DNA of 64,000 bases, from NCBI GenBank assembly GCA_973895155.1, contig OZ316892.1, positions 27,800,307 to 27,864,306 of the forward strand, read 5' to 3'. The notes under the pieces are model-generated. The model saw nothing but the letters and a program-made list of their open reading frames with translations, was not told where the DNA came from and searched no databases. Made by a program: the position numbers and the translations under genes. Shown in pieces: positions 12,143 to 23,374 of the stretch (position 1 is its first letter; every line of letters starts with the position of its first letter). This DNA comes from Marsupella aquatica. Lineage: Eukaryota > Plantae > Marchantiophyta.

Positions 12143-13242
12143 ATTTTTCAAATACAGAAAAAACAAAGGCTGGCCTACGGGAGCTTGAGTGGTCCATTGG
12201 AGCACCTTGGAAAGCGTAGTGGTCCAGGGGAGTTGAGGTGGTCTACGGGAGCTTGTGTTAGGTCGACCCGACGTCGTACCCTTCTACAGTAGTACGATAA
12301 GGTGCGAGTCCGCGAGAAACGGAGGACAGTGCACAATTTTCCTTTCGAGCGAAGACGAAGAGAAAAAATGGTTGCGGAGGTTTCCGCCATGGAAGTGTGG
12401 CGCACGCGAGGGAGCGCAATGGCGAAGCTTCGAGAATCGGGAGCGATTACAGCCTCCGCCAGCTCGGGCGAAGTTGTTCCGGTCCGAAAACCCCGAAAAC
12501 GCTGCAATCGGGGAGCCCGGGGCCGTCTGAAGGGCAGAAAGGAGGGTGAAGTGACCTGAATGGGGAAAGGAAATCGGAGCGCAAGGAAATCGGAGCACTG
12601 AGAGAGACTGACCAAGGAATCCGGAAGATTGATGGCTGATTGGGCCATCATGGGGACGAGTGGCTCACTACTGACACTGCGCGTCTATTGCGACATTTCG
12701 AAATGTCGGTCACAGTGGGATCTGGCCTGGACGTGCGCGTTGGGCGATGGCGGCATGGAGTGGCCAAACGAAAAGGAGTTGGTGATGAATTGCTGGCGTG
12801 GACCGCAGTTTGGTGGCGGATGATTCGGATACAGCTTGCAACCCTGGTACTGTACTAACTTTGCGTCGCGGAAGGAGAGAAGAGCAGGCCGAAATGCTCA
12901 ATTTCATTTTAAAAGTGGTCTGTTCTTCAGGGTTGGCTGCCCCCGTGGATTCGGATGGCCAGAGTGGAACAGAGGGGACAGAGCTTCTACGAGAGGCGAG
13001 ATTTAGTGCTGCCTGTCATCCTCGCGAGGAGGCAGTAGTAGAGCCCCCGTCACGATGTCATTCATTGGACTCGGACAAGTTCGAATTGTTACGACAGGAG
13101 AGCGAGGGAGGGAGAGAGCGAGGGAGCTGCCTCTCATCCTCGACAGGCAGTAGTGGAGTCCCGGTTTCGATCAGTGTCCTCCTCATTTGGAGTCATATCG
13201 ATCGAACAGATCTCGATCTAGATCTGACAGCAGCCCCCGACC

Positions 13243-15602
13243 ATGGATGGGATTCGTAAGAGCAGAGGAGTGGCAGGGAAGACTTTGCGGTTCAGATATC
13301 TGCTTCTGATATACTTTAGCTGTCAGCTGGCCGTCGGGGTGAGGGCTCTAAACGCCATCGGAGTCAAGCCTCCTAAAAGCACAACCCCGCATCCCAAAGC
13401 TATAGGATCTAACAAAACAGCTACTAGCGGATTTCAGGCCGCAGAGGACCATTGCGTGGGGGTCTTCTTGGGATACACAGTCGCGAAGCCGGTGAAAATC
13501 CCCCCTTACTCTCCGAATAACTTGACGAATCAGCCTTACAGCTTTCACAGCACGGTGTCCATAATCAACCTTGGGTACGACAAGTTGGACGTTTGGGAGT
13601 TGTCCATAGATTTCCAGCATCGTGAGATCATTGCTGAAGCGGCTGGAGTGTTATTTCTGAACGCGGATACTCTTCCAGGCCTTGAGACCAGCAATGATAC
13701 AAGAATCGTTGGAACCACAACGCCCAACTTGTTGACTTCCATTGACACTGCCCATGACCTGAGTCTCATTTCCACAAAGTTCGACATTGTTGGAACTGAG
13801 TTCGGGATAAATGGATCTGGGAATCCTTTGCCGAAGAATCTGACGTTGGTCAATAAAGGCTACAAGTGTGTGGCCAACAAATCAGGTGAGCTCCATTTAA
13901 CGTTTGGGTTTTCCAAGTTTGGCACTAAGGTGAAAATGCTGAAATTCATTGTAAATCCTGTTGTATGTTCGTATTTTCTTGTTTATAGTGAACTCAGTCT
14001 TAGTCAGAGAGAGAATGAGAGAGATGTTTGCATAGACGTTTAGGGTAGATCTCTCCTTGTGGGTAGTTCACCAGGACGTGTTAGACTTGAAGCATCGAAG
14101 CAATATGCCTAATGGAATGCGTGTATTGTACTGACAATTGGTTGATTTGGCTGTCCTTGTGTGCAGCGGCTGTCCCTAAAAATAACATGTGGGTTTGTTG
14201 TACTGAGAATACAACCGCAATCAACAACACACAGACCTTCAAGGCACGGCAGGGAGGGGATATCATCATGAGTTATGATATAATTTCGGCGTTTGCTAGC
14301 AGTTACACTGCTCGAGTCAGCATTAGAATGAATGATCCGATTGGAAGGCTCGACCATTGGAGTCTAACTTGGCTCTGGAAGGGAGGGGAGTTGATTAAGT
14401 CCATGTTGGGAGGACAGGTTCAGGGAGCGAACGAGCAGGACTTATGTGTGTTTGGTCTTGCAGCTGTACAGCATCCGGGTGAGGATTTTTCGACTTATCA
14501 GAGCTGCTCTCCAAAGCCTGTCATTATCGACCTCGATCAGTATCAGGCTAACGTTCCATCTGTGGCCATCCCATACTGTTGCCGGAATGGGACTCTGCTA
14601 CCTGATCTTATTGATCCCAGTAAGAGCAGGTCGGACTTTGAGCTCACGGTGATCAAGCTTGTTCCTCACAATACACTAGATGATATTACTCCTCCAGTTG
14701 ACTGGCAGATTGAGGGATACACATGCAGCCAACCTGTGCGGGTGTCTCCTGCTGAACTTGAACCTTCGGCTCTTCATTCATCGTCTGCTGTAGCAAGTTG
14801 GCAGGTGGTCTGCAACGCGACGCTGGAGCCTAAGACCGCTCCCAAGAAATGCTGTGTCTCCTTCTCGACTTACTACAATGACTCGCTCATTCCATGCCCC
14901 ACTTGTTCTTGTGGATGCACACCTCATACGTTACCTTGGAATCTGGACACTTGCAACCCTTCGATTGATGCAATGTTGTTGCCTTACCAAGCTGTTCTCC
15001 TTCCTCCATCTAACAGAACAGCTCTGGCAAGGCAGCTGGCTATCAATCACCATCGTCCATTGCCCAGCATTCTTCCATGCCCGGACAACTGCGGCGTGAC
15101 CATAAATTGGCATTTATACTCAGATTATACGAATGGTTGGAGTGCTCGCATGACTCTGTTCAACTGGGACGATCAACCGGTCGTCAATTGGTCTTCTGCA
15201 ATTCAATTGCCTGCTGCCTTGCCAGGTTTTCAGGATGCGTATTCTTTTAATAATACGAAGGTTCCACTGGCAGATATCAAGGAATTCCGCGAATTCAACA
15301 ATACTTTGTTTTTGCAGGGCCGGAACGACTACTTCAATAACTACTTGATCGGTAAGGATAGCTCGGACAATCCTGGAAAGTTACAATCCGTCCTGTCATT
15401 TGACAAGAGAAAAACGCCTGGTATTAAAATTGTCAAAGGCGATGGTTTCCCGACGAAGGTGTGGTTCAATGGAGAAGAATGTCGAATCCCAGATTATTTC
15501 CCCACTGCGAGTGGGTGGCGGCTTGTACCTACGTTTCAATTTTCCGTTGTTATGGCAGTAACGATTTATCTGATGGCCGGAGAAACTATTAGATTTCCTT
15601 GA
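13243..15602 (+). CDS. COBL: COBRA-like GPI-anchored protein, COBL7 subgroup (~692 aa), exons 13243-13885 and 14167-15602
   Basis: Signal peptide (RYLLLIYFSCQLAVGVRA); COBL7-type N-terminal extension (CVGVFLGY...QPYSFHSTVSI.N.G...L..W); COBRA motifs RLDHWSLTW.W..GE.I.SM.G, YCCRNGTLLP, CCVSFSTYYNDS.IPCPTCSCGC, PCPDNCGV.INWH, GDGFPTKV.FNGEEC; hydrophobic C-terminal GPI signal. Phase-1 GT-AG intron. Confidence 0.95.
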
Positions 15603-17275
15603 TCTGAATTCCGACCTGTACATCACAGGAGCACACGATCCACATCTGCAGAATAAAAGCAGATTAGGGCCCATAGTTTTGTACAATGGTAGCTACATTA
15701 GTTTATAAATAATGTCGGCTTATCGTTGGAGTAAGGTTCCACCACCTTCATCCACAAGGTAGTGAGAGGTCTATTGATCTTGTGGCTGGAGTCATGACGC
15801 CTTGATTAGTTGGCCAAAGTAAGTTTTGGCCGTAGGCTTTGTTTTCATAGTACCCTGATTGGTGCACCAAATAGTGGGCAGAAGTGCTCCTTTTGCACAT
15901 GTGAGCTCCTTCTGGCATCCCAAATTAGTGGGAGCTGGAATTACAGCACTGATTGGATGAAGAATTTCTCATTTTAAAGCTACATGATTCTCTCACGATA
16001 GAAGTGGATGTGGAGTGAATATTACCTGTTTTTCTTTTGGAATCGGTGAGGCTGTCGGTTGGATCCTTAAGACTTCACATATTTCTTCACTCCTGGGCAG
16101 GCTGGGCATTGCAATGTAAGTCTGACTTAACTGTATGCAGTAGAATGCGATGAAGGCATCAACTAAGGGCGACACAGTCCGCCATAGCATATATTGTTGA
16201 AGTGGTTTAGATACTATCAAGCAATTGAGAGTTCTCAGATAATGAGATGAATCTGTGCAAAGTCATCGATGAAGAGGACGGATTTTGTCCGATGATCTTT
16301 ACTCTGAGCCTTTTGAAGAAGTCGCTAGGACCAATCAGGCAGGATCAGATCTGGAGGCTCGATACTGGCCCGATCCCAGGCCCAATTTTTTGCCTACCGG
16401 AGCTTGTTTGCATGCGAAAATGCAGCCGAGGGCAAGTTCGGCCTGAGGGGCCTTTTCAGTTTGATTTTTGTCGAAGAAAAATGGTCAATGATGTCAGCCA
16501 CGGATGATATACCAAGGTTGATGCACACTCAAATGGCAATGCAGATGGGGGGATGATATGTGGATATCATAAAGGTATGTGTACATTATTCATATCTCAA
16601 GACCAATGCTGTTTGTATCAGGGGTTGTCAAGTAGAGAGAGTTGGCTTTTGAAAATACCTTTTAAGTGCAGCTCGTTTCTCTGTGCCGTATTGATATCTA
16701 GTATGGTTACAGAGTCAGATTTGAACGTCCTCTAAAACTTGTTTTCGAAAATTGTCCGCACCAGTAGGTGTCTACTGTTCTACTGCTCAGTTCTCACCTT
16801 GTTGCATGAAGTTTCTTTCTCTGACCTTTGTATCGATTGTTAACGTCAATGTTGTTGCAACCTGCAGGCTTTTGGTGCTGACAAGGTTGGGCTTGAGCTG
16901 GTCCAAGATGAGTGCCCTTAAAATGTCATGCTTTGTTTTATGAATACTCTCCGTGCTTTCTGAGAAATAGTACCAATTGCAGTGTGGAGGAAAAGCGTTT
17001 CAATGAAGAGCTGGCGGAAATTCCTGCAGAGAATACTGGAGGTCTTCTGTACATGCACCTAATGGTTTCCTTTGCGTTTAGATGAGAACTTCGGCTTCTA
17101 TTCTGGGAGATTGTTTGGTTCGATCTCTTGTATATGACGCAAGCAAGCAGGGAGCCAAAGTGGCTGCACGAATGCTGATTTAGCTAGACAATATGTTGTA
17201 GGCTGGCTTGGTCCCAATTTCCAAGCATTTCTTGGCCTTCCTTCTTCAGCACATGTCAAGGTCGTCTTACACTTC

Positions 17276-18745
17276 GGAATCCTTGTGACTTCAAAATCTT
17301 GGCAGGATAGAAGTGAGGTTCTCATATATACACAGCGGTTGCCCATCGACAAGAACTCCTTTCTCTGATGCTGGACATATATGAGAACTCCAGCTTCCGT
17401 CCTGGGGTATTGTTTGATTCCATCTGGCGAAAACTGGGCACTCAACTTCCAGATTATCATAGGAGTTCTTGTGACTAAAAAATATTCTCAGAATAGAAGC
17501 GAGGTTCTGGTATATACACAGCTGTTGCTCATGGATGAGAACTTCTCCGTGATGTTGCTGTACATATATCAGGACTCCAGCTTCCGTCCTGGGGGATTTT
17601 TGGATGATTCGGCCAAAAGATGAGCACTCAACATCCAGATGATCATCGGAATTCTTTTTTGAGTTTACTATCTTCTCAGGATAGAAGCTTCGATCTGGCG
17701 AAAAATGGGCAATCAACTTCCAGATTATCGTAGGAGTTCTTGTGACTGGAAAAATCTTCTCAGAATAGAAGCGAGGTTCTGGTATATATACAGCTGTTGC
17801 CCATGGATGAGAACTTCTCTGTGATGTTGCTGTATATATATTAGGACTCCAGCTTCCGTCCTGGGGGATTGTTGGATGATTCTTCCAAAAGACGAGCACT
17901 CAACATCCAGATAATCATCGGAATCTTTTTTGAGTTTACTATCTTCTCAGGATAGAAGCTTCGATCTAGCGAAAAATGGGCAATCAACTTCCAGATTATC
18001 GTAGGAGTTCTTGTGACTGGAAAAATCTTCTCAGAGTAGAAGCGAGGTTCTGGTATATATACAGCTGTTGCCCATGGATGAGAACTTCTCTGTGATGTTG
18101 CTGTACATATATTAGGACTCCAGCTTCCGTCCTGGGGGATTTTTGGATGATTCGGCGAAAAACGAGCACTCAACATCCAGATGATCATCTGAATCCTTTT
18201 TTGAGTTTACTATCTTCTCAGGATAGAAGCGAAGATCTGGTGTAGACACAGCGGCTGCCCATAGATGAGAACTCCTCAGTGATGCTGCTGTACATTTTCA
18301 GATCTCCAGATTCCGTCCTGGGAGATTGTTTGAGTCGATCTGGTGAAAACTGAACACTCAACATCCAGATGATCATCACCGGAATCCTTGTGACTTCAAA
18401 ATCTTCTCAGGATAGAAGCTAGGTTCTCATATATATACAGTGGTTGCACGTGGGTAAGACCGTCTCTGTGATGTTACTGTATGTATATCAGAACTCCAGC
18501 TTCCTTCCTGGGGGATTGTTTAGTTCGAGTTGGCGAAAAATGAACACTCCACATCCAGATGATCATCGGAATTCTTGTGACTTCAAAATCTTCTCAGAAG
18601 GGAAGCGAGGTTCTGGTATATACGCAGCTGTTGCCAGTAGGTGAGAACTCCTTTCTATGATGTTATATCAGAACTCCAGCTTCGGTCCTGGGGGATTGTT
18701 TGATTTGATCTGGTGAAAAACAAACACTCAAAATCCAGATTATCA
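17276..18745. repeat. Tandem array of ~187-bp monomers (7 full plus 2 internally deleted ~85-bp monomers)
   Basis: CTCCAG(C/A)TTC.GTCCTGGG recurs at 17388, 17575, 17847, 18118, 18304, 18494 and 18674 (spacings 187, 272, 271, 186, 190, 180). No reading frame is kept open across units. Confidence 0.92.
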
Positions 18746-19019
18746 GCGAAGAAACGGGTCGACTACAAGGAAGAGGGGAGTGTTGTAAGAGTCACGAATA
18801 TCAAACGAGCACAAGGGTGTAAGGAATGTAATTGGAGGCAAGTCTTTTTTTGGCCTTGAAAGAATTGGAGGCAAGTCTTGACAGGGCCAAGGAGCTAGCT
18901 ATCGAATCATGTATCTTTTGAGCTATGTGGTGATGAAATCCTAAGGATACGAGAGATTTGCCAGCCACCAGACCTATGTACTAAATTCGAGTTCAATGCC
19001 TTGATAGATTCCTAGCATG

Positions 19020-20625
19020 TACACCATAAGAGTGGTTGAGACGACAGTGCAGGGCGAGTTTTTTGGTGCACACATTAATGTCTATGTGCAGGCTCCTAGA
19101 AACCATGCTCTGAGCTTGCACTTATCAGTATGCAGTACCTAATAAGTGCAGGGACTTAAAGTTTATGAACCTTTGAGTATGTGAATGACTACAGAGTAGT
19201 TCGAGTACTTATAGACTCACTAAGCTGGAGGTTCATGCACAATATCTTGCCCTCTCAATCATTCAAATCTCAATCTCAATAATACTAAAATAAGATTTGG
19301 ATGGATGCAAACTGGTGAGTTCAGAATCATAACATATTTTGGGGACAATTGAGATTAAATAAATATATTGCCACTCTAAGAAGGGCAATGATTTGAGTTT
19401 TGAGGGGTTACTATTGTACACAATGCAATCATTAAGGCCCTAACACATTCAGAGACCTAATTTAGGTATGTATTTTACTATTTTTTAGAAGTGTAGAAGA
19501 GAAGCTTCATAATTCCCCAATCCAATTTGGAATGCACATTCTTCTCCCAAAAAGCTTTAAAATCAAAAAGAGAGAATTCAAGGCATTATTACATTCTGAT
19601 TTTACCCATGACACCCTCTGCCCATGTATATATACAATAACCTCTCTCTAAGTGCACAATTGCAAGAGGAAGCCTCTGATGTGCACTTAATGATAGTTTT
19701 CAAATTTTATTTGCATTTATTGATAAGAGTACATGGTTACAGTATAGTGCCTTGACATGCAATGGGCTCTCTGTCAGGTGGCACACTTGTGGTTTCCTTC
19801 CTAAACTGGACATCCCTGTCCTAAAAAGTGCAATTTTACTCCGCCATTCAATCACTTACTCTTGTTAATAATTGTAAAAGGAGGAAATTGTGTGCAAAAA
19901 ACCCACAGTGAGGGTTTTATTCAAAGAGGTTCCTCCTACCAATGTATTATGGGTAACTAAAACTCCTCAAACCTTCAGCACTCACTTTAGTGGCATTATA
20001 TCAAACAATGCCTTGTAAATGGGACATTACTATACAGTCTCCCTTGTCTAAGTGCAGGCTCCCGGGAAAACACCCCAAGCCTGCACTTATCCATGTTATG
20101 CACTATGCCATAAGTAGATGGGCATCATTTATGCACTTCTCCTTAGGTGCATGTTGCACTTTCCAATAAGTGCTTGTGAAATCACTTATGCATTGTTGCA
20201 AGTGTCTTGTCAGATTCTATGCATGGGACTCTTCATACCCTAAATCCTCACTGCACAATTCAACTGGATAAGTGCATGGAACTACCATGTGTAGTTGTCC
20301 ACTACATTTCTAGCATATGTGTTGCAGTAATTGATTAATGCAAGTGAACACTTATGTATTTGTTGTTTAGCACTTACAAACCGTGCATTTATTTGGGGAA
20401 TTTACAAAAAAGAATGGTCTCATATTAGGGGACTACATGACCTACATGCAGTTTACCCATGAAATGCACTTATACACACAGCACTTATCCACAATAGACT
20501 GTATTGAAAGAATGCACTGGTGGGAGGAAAGGAAGAAAGAAAGAAGGGGGACACAGGGAAAAAGGGAACAAAGGACACCTTGCAAGCGTCCAGGTTTTTC
20601 TGCACGTATGGATTGTGCACTTAGA
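19020..20625. repeat. AT-rich degenerate repeat region enriched in TAAGTGCA/TGCACTTA motifs (possible old DNA-transposon remnant)
   Basis: About ten motif copies in both orientations; TGTCTA(T/A)GTGCAGGCTCC...TGCACTTATC is duplicated at ~19080 and ~20045. Confidence 0.5.
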
Positions 20626-20668
20626 GAGAGGTCACTCAGTACGGCGTTTAGGGTTCCTGCGTGTAGGG

Positions 20669-21086
20669 TTGTTACGAAGAAACACTATCTTGTTCGCCCT
20701 CGATCACCAATTTTTGCGGAGGAACACGAATTTGTTTTTCTGGGCGATCGCTTGCTTTGCTCTGCAATTCTGGTGACAGCTTTGAACGCCGTTGTGCGGA
20801 ACCTGTTTTCTCCGAGAGAGCCCTCGATTTGCGTCGCTGGGTAATTTGGTTAGAGCTTGGAAGATCATTTGCGCGGAACGTGTTTTCTCTGAGAGCTCTC
20901 GATTTGCGTCGCTGGGGAATTTGGTTAGAGCTTTGAAGATCGTTTGTGCGGAGCGTGGAGGAACATTGGAAGAGGGTCGTTCGCCAGGGTTATGGCAGCA
21001 GCCGAGCAGCAGCAGCAGCAGCAACTAGAGGCACAGGCAGCTGAGCTCCAGAAACTGCAGAAAGACTGCTAAGAACCACCAGAGGA
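20669..21086 (+). pseudogene. Truncated tandem duplicate of the PFD6 promoter/5' end; 26-aa ORF at 20992-21072
   Basis: Aligns to 21087-~21440. ORF MAAAEQQQQQQLEAQAAELQKLQKDC* versus MAAVKQQQRQQLETQAAALQKLQKDIGK; a 2-nt deletion (GACTGCTAAG vs GACATCGGTAAG) creates TAA. Extra internal ~76-bp duplication at 20794-20955. Confidence 0.88.
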
Positions 21087-21097
21087 TTGTTACAGGG

Positions 21098-21106
21098 AAA
21101 CCCTAA
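21098..21106 (+). promoter_or_regulatory. Telo-box (AAACCCTAA) upstream of PFD6
   Basis: Exact AAACCCTAA ~240 bp before the ATG; telo-boxes are known in promoters of plant translation/housekeeping genes. Function here is inferred. Confidence 0.45.
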
Positions 21107-21346
21107 CTTGTTCGCCCTCCATCGCCCTCTGACCCGTCTTTTGCGGAGGAACGCAATTGTGTTTTTTCTGGGAGATAGCTTGCTTTGCTGTGAAATTTTG
21201 GTGAAAGCTTTGAACGGAATCGTGCGGAACGTGTTTTCTCTGGGAGAGCTCTCCGCCTTGCTTTTGGTGGGGAATTTGGTTAAAGCTTTGAAGGGCGTTT
21301 GTGCGGATCGTGGAGGAAAATTGTAAGAGGGTCAACCGCCAGAGTT

Positions 21347-21712
21347 ATGGCAGCAGTCAAGCAGCAGCAGCGGCAGCAACTAGAGACACAGGCAGCTGCG
21401 CTCCAGAAACTCCAGAAAGACATCGGTAAGAACCACCAGGTGAGGCGGCAGTACACCATCCAGCATGGGGAGAACGAGATGGTTCTGAAAGAGCTCGAGT
21501 TACTTGACGAAGAAGCGAACGTGTTTAAGCTCATTGGACCCGTTTTGGTGAAGCAAGATCTCGTGGAGGCCAGGACCAACGTCAAGAAAAGAATTGAGTA
21601 CATGGTGGCGGAGCTTAAGCGGTTAGACGGGGCATTGAAGAATTTAGAAGAACAGTCGAATTCGAAGAGAGAAGAGGTCATCAAGCTGCAGCAACGAGCG
21701 TCCACAAACTGA
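21347..21712 (+). CDS. PFD6: Prefoldin subunit 6 (beta-type), intronless, 121 aa
   Basis: LQKDIGKNHQVRRQYTIQHGENEMVLKELELLDEEANVFKLIGPVLVKQDLVEARTNVKKRIEY matches the highly conserved plant PFD6 core. ATG at 21347 in good context (GTTATGG). Confidence 0.95.
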   Translation: MAAVKQQQRQQLETQAAALQKLQKDIGKNHQVRRQYTIQHGENEMVLKELELLDEEANVFKLIGPVLVKQDLVEARTNVKKRIEYMVAELKRLDGALKNLEEQSNSKREEVIKLQQRASTN

Positions 21713-23374
21713 TGGAGCGTTGTGATCGGCAATTGTTGCCGGATTATGTACCTCCAAATGTATAGAGACCCACTGCTGGTGTTTTGGAGTTTTCTATCCA
21801 CTTATTGACACGGGAATAGTGTCCCCATGTTATCTCCATATCTTGCATCGGAATGAAGTTAGTTATAGCAGCACATGTGTTTTTGTTACATGTGTTGGAA
21901 CTGGACGGAAATCTGTACAGTATCGAGAATGTTTGGTTCCCTTCCAAAACGTATACATAGAAACTCTGTTTCGTTGGAGCTCCAAGACGCTAGTGTTTCT
22001 TTTGTCGCACATGAATCAGAGCATAGCGCAGTGCTAGAGGGCATTGATGCAATGACAGATATCCACTTAGCTGGACAAACAGGTCGAACCGAAAGTTTTT
22101 AAATGACTATTAATCTCATCAGAAGGATGTAATCAGCGTCTTATTACCCCAAGAGAGGGATTCATAATTTTGACAAACGTGGGCATTGACATCCTCGACC
22201 ATTCATAATTGCTCTTTCTTCCGAGCTTTTGTACGAATAGACACTGTGCTACTTGGGAGATAATAGTACAGTAGATATCCTCGCAAAACGCATCTTCTTA
22301 ATATTACTCTGCTCACGAAAATTGGCACATGATGTCCTCTTCAAGACCACATCAGGAAGACTCAAGGACTACGTCTGGCAAACATTGGTGTCTTCGGTCA
22401 AAATTTTATGAATTCAAGTCTTCGTCCTAACGATCTCAAAATTGTCAAGCTTTTAAAAGGCTTAGCTACAACCTACCGTCACAATCTCTAATGCTACAGT
22501 AGTAATCATCTCTTAGAAAAGTCCGACAGGCACTCGACATTCCGAGCTCTGAAGTAGATAGTACAGCTCACTAGGTCTCAACAGTATGAATTTGATGAAT
22601 TAAGCGAGGGTTCTATTGAACAATGAGGCTCCCGTGTATCTTTGCCTTTCTCGTACGCAGACTGGCATGACAAACAGTTCCCTCCTAATATGATGGCAAA
22701 AATGGCAAGGCTCTCCAATGAAATTCCCTCTAGTAGCAATATTACCCAAAATTCTTCAAAAATTGGCGCGTGAGGAATTACGAACAATTGACAATCTCTC
22801 TCAAGAACTAACCTCTGGCCAATGTGCAAAAACTCTCGGTGAATAAGTTTTGAATGGACTATTGGACAACATTTTGAGGACGCCAAGAACCAAAGCTGTA
22901 GCTTTCCCTCGTAGTCACGGCTCTATGAGCCCAGTGGAGCACATGCATGACAAAACCTTGAGCCTTCTCCATACAGAGACAATCGTACTTGGGTCTCAGC
23001 GAACGAAAGGCAGCATTTACCCGCATTTACCCAAGTGGAAAGCGTGGACCGCATAGGTTCGAAGATCGATACAATTCTGCAAGGAAATGAAGGATGCTTT
23101 TGGTTTTTGCTACTGTGTGTAATGCTTTGCCATGCAAGCTGGACTATGTAGGGTTATGCTGCAGGAGGGCACTCCGACAATGCAGGCTATTGAAAAATGC
23201 GCTGGGTTTTGCTGCTGAATGCGATACTTTGCCATACAACGACTGAGTAGGATTATTACGTGGCAAGGTGAGCGGGAAAACATTCATTCCATAATGTGGA
23301 CTGCAAGCCAGTGAAGAATGCGTGGGGTTTAGCTGCCGAATGTGATACTTTGCCATAGAGGTGGACTGAGTGGG

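Noticed and set aside
12798-13259. 153-aa ORF overlapping the COBL start (first ATG 12894)
   Set aside because: No family features, and its ATG probably lies upstream of the GA-rich transcription-start region near 13100; no evidence it is a real uORF.
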